From NCBI GenBank assembly GCA_040883365.1, contig JBFLKV010000167.1:1-35566 (forward strand): 35,566 nucleotides of DNA, written 5' to 3'. Of this stretch, positions 24,816 to 33,784 are shown piece after piece (position 1 is the first letter of the stretch; each line of letters opens with the position of its first letter). The translations under genes were made by a program, and so were the position numbers. Origin of the DNA: Eubacteriales bacterium. Lineage in GTDB: Bacteria; Bacillota; Clostridia; Christensenellales; CALMFG01. The notes beneath the pieces were generated by a model, which saw only the letters and a list, made by a program, of their open reading frames with translations, was not told where the DNA came from and did no database searches.

Positions 24816-25490
24816 CTATTTATCAAATGTCTGGACTATTTCCATAGCGGATTGCGTGTTAATGCCAAAACGTTCAACACCAAGATCATATAATTGTAAG
24901 AATTCATCTCGTGTCCGAATGCCGCCTGCCACTTTAACTTTGGTGGTCGATGGAAGCACTTGTTTGATGACTTTAACGCGATCGATATTCGCACCGCCGG
25001 GAACCCAACCGGTACCGGTCTTCAAGAAATCTGCATCCGTCTGCGCTACCAATTCGCACGCTTTAATCATTTCTTCATCGGTTAAGCAGTTAAGCTCAAT
25101 CAATACTTTTGTTTTAATATCAGGCGTTTTCAGCGCAATAATCTGCTTTAACTCATCAAGCACATAATCATACTGTTTGCTTTTAAATCTGCCGACATTC
25201 ATCACAATGTCCATTTCCTGAACGCCGTCTGCAACAAGCTTCTTTGCTTCTAGCAGCTTCACTTCTGTTGTGTGTGCGCCAGAAGGGAATCCAACCGGTG
25301 AACCGACATAAACATCCGGAACATCTTTGATCATACCTGCAAGCGTAGAGACCCAGTTTGGCAATACGTGTACATTGATAAACGTATAATCCTTCGCATA
25401 TCCGACCACTTCTTCAATGTCCGAAATCCCATGGTGCGTTCTCACTGCACTGACATCAATCATCTGTGCAACATCTCTTTGTTTTAGCAT
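24816..25490 (-). CDS. deoC: Deoxyribose-phosphate aldolase (canonical DERA residues present)
   Basis: 224 aa. The contexts EMDIVMN (Asp), TKVLIEL (Schiff-base Lys), FLKTGTG (second Lys) and VAGGIRT match DERA. An AGGAGG Shine-Dalgarno is present. Confidence 0.85.
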   Translation of the reverse strand: MLKQRDVAQMIDVSAVRTHHGISDIEEVVGYAKDYTFINVHVLPNWVSTLAGMIKDVPDVYVGSPVGFPSGAHTTEVKLLEAKKLVADGVQEMDIVMNVGRFKSKQYDYVLDELKQIIALKTPDIKTKVLIELNCLTDEEMIKACELVAQTDADFLKTGTGWVPGGANIDRVKVIKQVLPSTTKVKVAGGIRTRDEFLQLYDLGVERFGINTQSAMEIVQTFDK

Positions 25491-25567
25491 TCTTATGGCC
25501 TCCTGAGAAAATTTAATATTTATATTAACGGGTTATCCCGTTGTAAACTCGATTAATTATTGTTATC

Positions 25568-25957
25568 TTACATGTCCTCACTAAGCTCGATGACAACCTT
25601 GTTTGGGTCCTCAATCAGCAGGTATTTCTTTTTGATCTGTTCGATCGTCCCAAGTTCATCAATAAACTTCGCGTTTTTTGACTTCAAACTTTCGTACCAT
25701 TGCTCAATGTTTTCAACATCAAAGGCAATGTGTCTTAGTCCGTTGTTGTTTTCATCAACCGGCTCTGTTTTACAGTTTTGTTTTAGATTGAATAATTCAA
25801 GATATTCGTTGTCGCAAATCTTCATATACACCAATTCGCAAAACCCCATATCTGCTCTTTGCGTCAATTCAAGGCCCAACATGTCCTGATAAAACCGAAT
25901 GGAATCATCGATATCAATCGTGTTAATAGCGATATGATGGATATTGTTAATTTTCAT
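25568..25957 (-). CDS. VOC (glyoxalase/bleomycin-resistance/dioxygenase) family protein
   Basis: 129 aa from ATG 25957 (MKINNIHHIAINT...). Paired beta-alpha-beta-beta-beta motifs are present (HIAINT ... LRHIAFDV). An AGGAGG Shine-Dalgarno lies 8 nt upstream. The track's longer start at 25999 falls inside a hairpin. Confidence 0.8.
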   Translation of the reverse strand: MKINNIHHIAINTIDIDDSIRFYQDMLGLELTQRADMGFCELVYMKICDNEYLELFNLKQNCKTEPVDENNNGLRHIAFDVENIEQWYESLKSKNAKFIDELGTIEQIKKKYLLIEDPNKVVIELSEDM

Positions 25958-26031
25958 AGTGGTCTCCTCCTGTATTGTTTTTTGAGGGGGCATTTGCATG
26001 CCCCGCCCAAAAAGTTGATTACTTTCCCCTA

Positions 26032-27093
26032 TTACTCTGGAAAGAGCTCATTGACATTGGTGGAATCAAGAATCATAGAATATGAATCCATAATCTCTTG
26101 TTCCGGAACCTGTCCTGCAACAACATTGTTGTAAAGAAGCATAAATCCATCAAAGGATACGCCAGTCGGGTTCTGTCCAATAACAGTCATCTCGCCAGTT
26201 CTTACATACTGAAGGTTAAGATCTGTTTCATCATGACCAATAACATATACGTCGCCGGTCATTCCCATTTCTTTCACTGCTTCAGGTGCACCGCTCGGTC
26301 CGCCTGCGACACAATAGATAGCCACGATGTCAGGATTTGCTGTCAGAATATCAAGTGTCAGTGAGTAGGTTTCATCAGCGCTATCATTTGCTTCATATGC
26401 GCCCACGAATTCATATCCTTGTGCATCAAGAACAGCCTGTGCGGCATTACGCTTAACTTCCAAGTTTTCCATGGTGAACGAAGCTGTAATAACTGCATAT
26501 TTGCCTACTTCGGTGTTTTCTGCAATCGCTTCGCCAACGATTTTTCCCGCTGCTTCATTGTTCTGACCAATAAAGCATAGACGATCTGTATCTTCAGCAG
26601 TTGCCGCAGATTCACCATACAAAGTTACAACTGGAATGCCCGCGTCGATTGCGTCTTGCAGGTAGTTTTCAATACCCGATACAAACGGAGTGATAACGAT
26701 ACCGTCATAACCCTGAACAACACATGTTTCGATCGCAGAGTTTAGTACATCCGCAGTAATGCTCTCGCCGCAGTTGATGTTGTCAACGGTTACATTATGT
26801 TCTGCTAAACAATCTGTAGCAGCTAAAACGCCACCCTGTACCAAATCCCAGAAAGAGTTGTTTTGGAATCCTATAAAAGCAAATGTCAGCGGCTCTTCAG
26901 GCTCCTGTTCAACCATCGCTATGTTTTCAGTTTCACCGACTTGCTCCCATTCATAGGAAACGGGTGCGACTTCTTCAGAAGTTGATGAATCGGCTGTTTC
27001 AGTTGTTTCGGCTTCTGTACCCTGGCTTGTACATCCAGCCATAAGTGCAACCATCATCAACAGAACAACGATTAAACTAATTACTTTCTTCAT
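26032..27093 (-). CDS. Sugar ABC transporter substrate-binding lipoprotein (PBP type I, RbsB-like, CUT2)
   Basis: The signal peptide carries the lipobox LMAG-C. An acidic linker is followed by a Peripla_BP_4-like body (FAFIGFQNNSFW..., IPVVTLY, YCVAGGPSGA). Confidence 0.88.
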   Translation of the reverse strand: MKKVISLIVVLLMMVALMAGCTSQGTEAETTETADSSTSEEVAPVSYEWEQVGETENIAMVEQEPEEPLTFAFIGFQNNSFWDLVQGGVLAATDCLAEHNVTVDNINCGESITADVLNSAIETCVVQGYDGIVITPFVSGIENYLQDAIDAGIPVVTLYGESAATAEDTDRLCFIGQNNEAAGKIVGEAIAENTEVGKYAVITASFTMENLEVKRNAAQAVLDAQGYEFVGAYEANDSADETYSLTLDILTANPDIVAIYCVAGGPSGAPEAVKEMGMTGDVYVIGHDETDLNLQYVRTGEMTVIGQNPTGVSFDGFMLLYNNVVAGQVPEQEIMDSYSMILDSTNVNELFPE

Positions 27094-27096
27094 ATC

Positions 27097-28641
27097 TTAC
27101 CTCTCTTGTATATTTTTTTTGGACGATTGTCCAAGCTTGTTTTTTACTTGATTTGTTGCATATTGCATAATGACTTCCTGATCCATCTCATGCTTATCCA
27201 GAACGCCTTTCAGCCTACCATCCGCAATGATGACAATGCGGTCGCTTAGTCTGATCAGTTCCGGCATTTCGGAGGATATCAGCAAGATGCTGACGCCCGA
27301 ATCTGCCATTTCACGAATGAGTTTGTATATCTCAGCTTTCGCACCAACATCCACACCATGCGTGGGTTCATCCAGAATCAATAATTCCGGTTCGGTTTGC
27401 ATCCATCTCGCGAGTATCGCTTTTTGCTGATTACCGCCCGAAAGCTCAAGGATTCTCTTCTCAATCGTTGGCGTTTTTACCGATAGCATATCCACATATT
27501 TTTGCGCCGCTGCATTTTCCAATTTCTTTTTTAATAAGCGAAAGCGTTTAAACCGCTTGTAGCTGACCACATTCATGTTCTCTTTGACGGACAGCCTTAA
27601 AAACAAACCTTTTTCTTTTCGCTCTTCGGGCACCATGCCCATTTTTGCCGCGACGGCCATAGACGGATGCTTGATGCTGATCTTTTTCCCTTTCAGCCAT
27701 ATCTCCCCGGAATCTGCCGGTTCGTAGCCAAAGATCGCCTCCATAATTTCACTGCGGCCGGCTCCAACCAGACCGCCAAAGCCTAAAACTTCCCCTTTTT
27801 TGACATCAAAGCTGATATCATGAAATTTATCTTTTTTGGAAAAGTTCTTGACTTCAAGAATCTTTTCATCTTGTTTAATCTGCGTATGCGCTACCAATTC
27901 CTGCTTTTCCAAGTCACGACCGACCATATCGCGCACCGCTTCATCAATCGTAATATCGTCCTTGCCCACTGTGCGCACCAGTTTCCCATCACGCAGTATC
28001 GAAATTTCGTCCGAAAGATCAAACACTTCTTCCAGTCTGTGCGAAACATATACAATGGTAACGCCGTTTTTACGCAGCATCTCAATAATCTTCATCAATG
28101 CATCTGTCTCTGTCTGCGTTAGCGCCGCAGTCGGTTCATCCATCATAATGAGCCGCGGTTTTAGTGAAAGCGCTTTTACGATTTCGACCAACTGTTTTTG
28201 TGCAACACTTAAGCGCACGACTTCTGTTGTTGGACTTATATCGTAAATATTCAGTTCTTCCAAAAGCGCTTTCGCTTGCTTATAAAGCGTTGACGTGTCG
28301 ATAAACGCACCTTTCTTGGGATAATGTCCAAGATAGATATTGTCCATCACCGAAAGGAAGGGTATCAGCGAGTTTTCCTGATGGATCATCGCAATCCCGT
28401 GCTTTTGTGCTTCCAGGGGCGAGGCAAACACGGTTTCTTTGCCATGCCATATCAGCTTGCCGGTGTCTCCCGGATAAACGCCGTATACGATATTCATAAA
28501 GGTCGATTTACCAGCACCGTTTTCTCCCAGAATCGAGTGAACCGTGCCTTGCTTGAAAGATATCGTAATATCGGTCAGTGCTTGCACGCCTGGAAACGAC
28601 TTGCTCAGCGCTTCTATTCGTAGAATTTCAGTTTGGTTCAT
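27097..28641 (-). CDS. Sugar ABC transporter ATP-binding protein (tandem ATPase, RbsA/MglA-like)
   Basis: 514 aa with two cassettes. The first has Walker A GENGAGKST and the second has the signature LSGGNQQK with Walker B LLILDEPT. Confidence 0.92.
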   Translation of the reverse strand: MNQTEILRIEALSKSFPGVQALTDITISFKQGTVHSILGENGAGKSTFMNIVYGVYPGDTGKLIWHGKETVFASPLEAQKHGIAMIHQENSLIPFLSVMDNIYLGHYPKKGAFIDTSTLYKQAKALLEELNIYDISPTTEVVRLSVAQKQLVEIVKALSLKPRLIMMDEPTAALTQTETDALMKIIEMLRKNGVTIVYVSHRLEEVFDLSDEISILRDGKLVRTVGKDDITIDEAVRDMVGRDLEKQELVAHTQIKQDEKILEVKNFSKKDKFHDISFDVKKGEVLGFGGLVGAGRSEIMEAIFGYEPADSGEIWLKGKKISIKHPSMAVAAKMGMVPEERKEKGLFLRLSVKENMNVVSYKRFKRFRLLKKKLENAAAQKYVDMLSVKTPTIEKRILELSGGNQQKAILARWMQTEPELLILDEPTHGVDVGAKAEIYKLIREMADSGVSILLISSEMPELIRLSDRIVIIADGRLKGVLDKHEMDQEVIMQYATNQVKNKLGQSSKKNIQER

Positions 28642-28651
28642 ACCGTTCCCC

Positions 28652-29614
28652 TTATCTTCTCTTCATCATCTTTATCTGGTCCAATGCACATGCAATCGCA
28701 ATAACCACACCCACAGTAATCATCTGCCAGTATGTTGAGATTCGCAAAAGCACGAATCCGTTACGAATGACACCCAGAATCGCTGCACCAATCAGTACCC
28801 CAACGATAGATCCTTCTCCGCCAGACAAACTACATCCGCCGATAACCGCCGCTGCAATGGTGTCCAGTTCTTTGTCATTCCCCATCGCGGTATCAGCGGA
28901 GCTGGTGTTTGATGCGGTGATGATACCTGCAAAAGCAGATAGAATAGCGATGATAATATATACTGAGAATTTAACTCGTTTGGTGTTGATGCCGGAAAGC
29001 TTAGCCGCCTTTTCATTGCCGCCGACCGCGAAGAGCTTTCTGCCGTACTCTGTCTTTTTCAAGACAATATGCCCAATGGTCATTACCAACAACATGATGA
29101 TAATCGGCACCGGAAATACACCGTTGATTTTGTCGCCCAAGAAATTGAGCACTGTATTAAACTTAATCGGTAGCCCTAGCGAGATGAGATAGGCAATCCC
29201 TTTAACAACATTCATCATAGCCAATGTCGCGATAAAAGAATTGATGTTAAGAACTACCACCAACACACCTGTCACACTACCCAGCATCGCCGCTGCGATA
29301 AATGTTAAAATCAAGGATATCCATGGATTAATCCCAATAGAACTTAAGAATGCGCATAGCACACCACCAAATGTAAGAAAACTACCAACAGAGAGATCTA
29401 TGCCCCCTGTAATAATCACATATGCGGCACCTGTCGCTATAATTGCCGTCACCGATATGCTGCGAAGCACGTTCAATATATTATTAATATTGAAGAAAAC
29501 CGGATTGATCACACCAATCAATACACTGATTGCGACTAATGTGATGAGTATCCCCAATTCATTCATGCCTTTTGATTTTTTGAAAAGTTCTTTACCTTTA
29601 GATATCATTTTCAT
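28652..29614 (-). CDS. Sugar ABC transporter permease (RbsC-like, BPD_transp_2)
   Basis: 320 aa with about 9-10 hydrophobic segments and a typical CUT2 permease layout. Only one permease gene is present. Confidence 0.9.
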   Translation of the reverse strand: MKMISKGKELFKKSKGMNELGILITLVAISVLIGVINPVFFNINNILNVLRSISVTAIIATGAAYVIITGGIDLSVGSFLTFGGVLCAFLSSIGINPWISLILTFIAAAMLGSVTGVLVVVLNINSFIATLAMMNVVKGIAYLISLGLPIKFNTVLNFLGDKINGVFPVPIIIMLLVMTIGHIVLKKTEYGRKLFAVGGNEKAAKLSGINTKRVKFSVYIIIAILSAFAGIITASNTSSADTAMGNDKELDTIAAAVIGGCSLSGGEGSIVGVLIGAAILGVIRNGFVLLRISTYWQMITVGVVIAIACALDQIKMMKRR

Positions 29615-29620
29615 TCTCCT

Positions 29621-31141
29621 CTATATCGACTGTAATGCTTTGTAAGCTGGAATCAATTGTTCATAAAACTTCATATATATAGGTAACAGTTCTTCGTATA
29701 CTGCTGTTTGTTCAGCAATGGGGTCTGCGATATCATCTGATTTACAGATTTCTGCCGCCACATCAAAGTCCTTGATAATCCCTGTGCCAACTCCCGCCAT
29801 CAGTGCAGCGCCCAGCGCACCAATATGCTGCAGGCTTTTAGGCCTTGCAATCTGGATGCCAAACATACTGGCAAGAATCTGCCGCCATAAGTCACTTTTT
29901 GCACCGCCGCCGATCAGATTTGCACTCTTCGGCATTGCGCCCATTTTCTTATAGAAGTCCGCGCCCATCATCAAATCGAAGCCCACGCCTTCCAATGCCG
30001 CGCGGATAACATGTCCCTCACCGTGCATCATTTTTAGGCCCACGAAACTTGCGCATAAACTTGAATCTGAATAGAACGTATTGCCGCTAAACATGGAGGG
30101 CATAAAGAATAATTTTTCAGATCCTGGTGCAATCTGTTTGGCCAATTCCTCGGCTGCCTGATATTTGTTGTCATGCTGTTTTAAGTTGGTACACATGTTT
30201 TCCAGTACCCACTCATATGAGGATGCCGCCGAATGTGAATGCGCGCTGGTAAAGTATGTATCATTACCCACATAGACCACGTTCGACTTAAAGTCTTTTG
30301 ACATCAACGGTTTTCCGTGATTGATGCCCATCCAGCCAGCAGTACCAAGATACGCCACCATTTGGCCATTCTTACGTACGCCGCCGCCCGTAGCGCATGC
30401 ATAGTTGTCCCAAGAGCCCAGCACCACTTGCGTGCCTTTGGCCAGCCCCATCGTTTCGGCTGCTTCGGCTGTTAGTTCTCCCATAACCTTTGTTCCGTCA
30501 CAAGGTGTCAGCAATTTATCTTCGTCAACTTCCGAAATCGCCATCAATTCGGGATCCCAGCTATGTGTATTCAGATTGTAAAGACCACTCATACCGGCTT
30601 CACCATAATCCGTAAAACCGATTTTTCCTGTCATTTTCTGAATCAAATATTCTTTTGTGCTAAGGAATTTATAAGTCTTTTTGTATACGTCCGGCATGTT
30701 GCGTTTGAGCCAAAGAATCTTTGCGGCCGGATATAGTGCAAGATCAAAACTGTTTCCTGTCTTTTCGTAATGTTCACGGTCACCCGATTTTTCGGTGATG
30801 TAAGCCGCTTCTTTTGTGCTTCTCGCATCCATCCAAACCATGACGCGGTCAACCAACAATTTGCCGTTCTTATCGACGGGGATCACGCCCATGCCATGAG
30901 CCGAAAATGAAATGGCTTTGACATCCGAAGGATCGGTCTTAGTACTTCTCATAACATCTTTGGTAGAATTCGCAACCGCTTCCCACCATGCATTTGGATC
31001 ATGTTCTGCATAGCCTTCTTTTGGATAAAACGTATCATACGTATAATAGGCTTCTGCTAAAAAACTTCCAGACTCGTCAAACAAACATGCTTTATCACCG
31101 CTCGTTCCCAAATCGTGCGCTAATATTAATTGTCTTGACAT
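29621..31141 (-). CDS. FGGY-family carbohydrate kinase (xylulokinase-like; substrate unknown)
   Basis: 506 aa. The N-terminus has the phosphate-1 motif LAHDLGTSGDKA. The C-terminal FGGY_C region has GGGAKSDLWRQILASMFG. Confidence 0.9.
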   Translation of the reverse strand: MSRQLILAHDLGTSGDKACLFDESGSFLAEAYYTYDTFYPKEGYAEHDPNAWWEAVANSTKDVMRSTKTDPSDVKAISFSAHGMGVIPVDKNGKLLVDRVMVWMDARSTKEAAYITEKSGDREHYEKTGNSFDLALYPAAKILWLKRNMPDVYKKTYKFLSTKEYLIQKMTGKIGFTDYGEAGMSGLYNLNTHSWDPELMAISEVDEDKLLTPCDGTKVMGELTAEAAETMGLAKGTQVVLGSWDNYACATGGGVRKNGQMVAYLGTAGWMGINHGKPLMSKDFKSNVVYVGNDTYFTSAHSHSAASSYEWVLENMCTNLKQHDNKYQAAEELAKQIAPGSEKLFFMPSMFSGNTFYSDSSLCASFVGLKMMHGEGHVIRAALEGVGFDLMMGADFYKKMGAMPKSANLIGGGAKSDLWRQILASMFGIQIARPKSLQHIGALGAALMAGVGTGIIKDFDVAAEICKSDDIADPIAEQTAVYEELLPIYMKFYEQLIPAYKALQSI

Positions 31142-31211
31142 GCTGCACCTCCGAAATAATATTAATATTTTATTTTGCTGAATATTTAAAAAATATGGTT
31201 TACACTGACTT

Positions 31212-31234
31212 CATTGTTACTATGTCATAACATT
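31212..31234 (-). promoter_or_regulatory. Candidate GntR/HutC operator copy 1 (AATGTTATGACATAGTAACAATG)
   Basis: It lies just downstream of the -10 of the kinase operon promoter and contains the dyad TGTTA-N8-TAACA. It matches the copy at 33785..33807 at 17 of 23 positions. Confidence 0.5.
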
Positions 31235-31242
31235 GTATTATT

Positions 31243-31271
31243 ATAATATACCCTTTATTTTTGATTGTCAA
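31243..31271 (-). promoter_or_regulatory. Sigma-A promoter of the kinase/ABC/.../eda operon (TTGACA - 17 nt - TATTAT)
   Basis: Read on the minus strand, a consensus -35 at 31271..31266 lies 3 nt after the gntR stop, and the -10 is at 31248..31243. Confidence 0.65.
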
Positions 31272-31274
31272 TAA

Positions 31275-32018
31275 CTATACTGACAATTCAATAATAAATT
31301 TGTTTTTATCTCCTCTGTATTTTGCAATGGAATACTCGATCGGTTCGCCTTCTTCACTGTAGCCCGTCGTGGTGGTCATTTGTATAGGATACCCTTGCGG
31401 TATTTTAAGATATTCACTTTCTTCGATATGAGCGCCCACCGCTTCGATTTGCCTAATAACACGAATAATCTTTGTCCTTTTCGATCTGGATAGGTACTCA
31501 TAAAGACCTGTCTTTTCCATATCTTCTTGCAAAATATCGATGCACGACTCAGGAAGATACGTCTCTAAAAAGACGATCGGCTCATCGTTTGCATACCGAA
31601 GCCGTTTCAGTAGAATAATGGTGTCATCGACTTCAATATTAAGCGCCTCTGCAACATCACTGGTGGCTTCCATTTTATCGAAAAAAACCACTTCTGTTTT
31701 TGGTGTCAGATTAAGTCGCTTCATTTGTTCACCGTAAGGCTCCAGTTTTCTCATGAAGTCTTGTAGGATCTTTGGCTTGGATACATATGTGCCTTTGCCT
31801 TTGACGCGATATAAGTACCCGTCATTAACCAAGTCAAGTATGGCCTGCCTGACCGTTGTTCTGCTCAAGTTATATATCTTAATAAATTCTGCTTCAGTGG
31901 GCAAAAGATCGCCGGGTTTTAGAACCTCGCTTTCGATTTTTTGCAGTATTATGTTTTTCAACTGATAATACATAGGTACTGGTGTGCTTTTATCAATATG
32001 TTCGTTTTTAAAAGTCAT
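31275..32018 (-). CDS. GntR-family transcriptional regulator, HutC subfamily (wHTH + UTRA effector domain)
   Basis: 247 aa. The N-terminal region reads PMYYQLKNIILQKIESEVLKPGDLLPTEAEFIKIYNLSRTTVRQAILDLVNDGYLYRVKGKGTYV, and a UTRA-like C-terminal half follows. Confidence 0.9.
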   Translation of the reverse strand: MTFKNEHIDKSTPVPMYYQLKNIILQKIESEVLKPGDLLPTEAEFIKIYNLSRTTVRQAILDLVNDGYLYRVKGKGTYVSKPKILQDFMRKLEPYGEQMKRLNLTPKTEVVFFDKMEATSDVAEALNIEVDDTIILLKRLRYANDEPIVFLETYLPESCIDILQEDMEKTGLYEYLSRSKRTKIIRVIRQIEAVGAHIEESEYLKIPQGYPIQMTTTTGYSEEGEPIEYSIAKYRGDKNKFIIELSV

Positions 32019-32170
32019 ATTACTCCTCCAATATTTTTCTCATGATAGCCTTATCGTGAGATGCGAAATGTTTCATATCATACATACCCTTCATATGATC
32101 GAACATTGTATTTTCGCTCATCAAATGCTGGTTCAGGCTATTTATGACCTAACTGCTATAATTTTTTTAT

Positions 32171-32199
32171 AGTATAGCCTTTTTCATAATGCACATCAA
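32171..32199 (-). promoter_or_regulatory. Candidate promoter of gntR (TTGATG - 17 nt - TATACT)
   Basis: Read on the minus strand: -35 at 32199..32194 and -10 at 32176..32171. This predicts a leader of about 150 nt. Confidence 0.4.
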
Positions 32200-32318
32200 C
32201 CTTTAATCCTACCGCAGTCTTGTTTAAAAAAAACTCATGCTAACAACTACCCGTATCCATGCCAAGAACTCGATGAAGTTTTTCGCATTCCAACGCTTTT
32301 ACGGTACAACCCAAACAC

Positions 32319-33053
32319 TTAAAGGTATTTAGGGTCAAGATAAAATTCTGCCTCAGAATTTTCTTTGGTGTCAAAGTCATAACCTGGATCAATCCCGATG
32401 CCGCTTAGCTTTCTCCAGCTGCCGGTATGAATATAATCTGCGCCGGCTTCAAACATATCCTCTGCCTTTTCGCGCTGACGCACTTTACCGGCAATCTCAA
32501 TGCTGATTTCAGGATAATTTCTGTGAAGCCATGAAATATGTTCAAGCTGCATTTCACCAAAATGTATTCCCGCACTTGTCTTGACGTTTTTTAATCCAAG
32601 CTCCCTATAGACTTTACAAAGTCCATCCACAATCTCAAATGAGAATTTCACCATCCAAAGCATGGGGATGATTCTTATTTTGCCTTCTCCGGCATCAATA
32701 ATCGCCTGCATTTCTGTTTTAACCGCTTCAAAATCATAAGACGCCGCCGCAGTGACATTAAACGCCACGTCCACTTCATCAAGACCACCTTTAACGGCTT
32801 CTTTAATTAAAAAGCATTTCATATTGGTTGACATGCCACCGTAAGGATATCCAATCACCATACCCAAACGCGTTTGTCCATTCCCATATTCTTTATTGAG
32901 CCGACTAAGCAAATCAATCTGACCCGGTGCACAAATCTGTGATCGAACACCTGCCTTAAAACCTGCGATAAACTCTTTTTCAATAATCTCATCATCAAGG
33001 TTCGATGTAAACGGTGATGTGATTAATCTTTTGACTATCTCTCTATCGTACAT
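32319..33053 (-). CDS. DeoC/LacD-fold class I aldolase-like protein (divergent)
   Basis: 244 aa with VIGYPYGG, DEVDVAFN (Asp) and NVKTSAG (Lys). The strand expected to carry the Schiff-base Lys reads GKIRIIPM. Confidence 0.65.
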   Translation of the reverse strand: MYDREIVKRLITSPFTSNLDDEIIEKEFIAGFKAGVRSQICAPGQIDLLSRLNKEYGNGQTRLGMVIGYPYGGMSTNMKCFLIKEAVKGGLDEVDVAFNVTAAASYDFEAVKTEMQAIIDAGEGKIRIIPMLWMVKFSFEIVDGLCKVYRELGLKNVKTSAGIHFGEMQLEHISWLHRNYPEISIEIAGKVRQREKAEDMFEAGADYIHTGSWRKLSGIGIDPGYDFDTKENSEAEFYLDPKYL

Positions 33054-33070
33054 AATACGTCTCCTTTAAA

Positions 33071-33751
33071 CTATAAGCTTCGTAAGATTTTAGCAGCGTA
33101 TTCGGAACTGATATAATCCGCGCCGGCATCCAGCATGGCTTTGCATTTCTCAGCCGAATCAATGTTACCCATCGCGACGATCTTAACCTTCTCGCCACAG
33201 ACCGGTTTCATTTTCTTTACGTCATCAACCGTGACGCCAATCAGAACATCCTTACCTTCACAAGACTTCGTATATACACCAATAGAAGTTGACAGCCTGT
33301 CAATTCCCTCTTCAACCGCCAGTTCACACACTTTTTTAAGCATGTCATCTTTGAGAAATTCAACTTCAACAATGGCTTTAAGTACGTTTCCTCCGGCCGC
33401 TTCTCTGCATGCCTTAAACTCATCCCGGACTTTGTCCCAGTTACCCGAGCGTACATTGACATTATTAATCGCTACTTCCACCTGCGTCGCCCCTTGGCTG
33501 ATTACATCGCGAATCGCAAACGCTTTTTGCTCCGGGGTGAATGTTCCGTGAGGATATGAAATCACTGCACATATCTCAAGTTTTCTTCCGTTTAGTACTT
33601 CTTTAACCTGCGGGATCATGTTTGGAAACACTTGTATGCACTCCAAATCAAAATCTAACGCTTCATATACAAGATTAGATACGTTAGCATAATCAAAATA
33701 TGATTCCATAATGCGACCGCCCATAATCTTCTTAAGTTCTTCTGTTTTCAT
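33071..33751 (-). CDS. DeoC-fold class I aldolase-like protein (divergent)
   Basis: 226 aa with VISYPHGT, TQVEVAIN (Glu where DERA has Asp), NVLKAIVEVE (Lys) and DRLSTSIG (Ser where DERA has Lys). A GGGAG Shine-Dalgarno is present. Confidence 0.65.
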   Translation of the reverse strand: MKTEELKKIMGGRIMESYFDYANVSNLVYEALDFDLECIQVFPNMIPQVKEVLNGRKLEICAVISYPHGTFTPEQKAFAIRDVISQGATQVEVAINNVNVRSGNWDKVRDEFKACREAAGGNVLKAIVEVEFLKDDMLKKVCELAVEEGIDRLSTSIGVYTKSCEGKDVLIGVTVDDVKKMKPVCGEKVKIVAMGNIDSAEKCKAMLDAGADYISSEYAAKILRSL

Positions 33752-33784
33752 ATAAACTCCCTTCTGTTTAATATGGCGTCATTC

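Noticed and set aside
26032-31141. The ABC importer + FGGY kinase + aldolase-fold proteins read as an Lsr-type AI-2 uptake and processing system.
   Set aside because: There is only one permease gene, no LsrG-like isomerase and no SorC/LsrR-type repressor. The aldolase-fold proteins are DeoC-like rather than LsrF/FbaB-like. The idea is kept only as a hypothesis for ligand screening.
31984-32172. A 62-aa plus-strand ORF and a 24-codon minus-strand uORF (MKGMYDMKHFASHDKAIMRKILEE) in the gntR leader.
   Set aside because: Neither has a Shine-Dalgarno. The plus ORF starts inside gntR in antisense. The uORF ends 1 nt before the gntR ATG, but nothing supports its translation.
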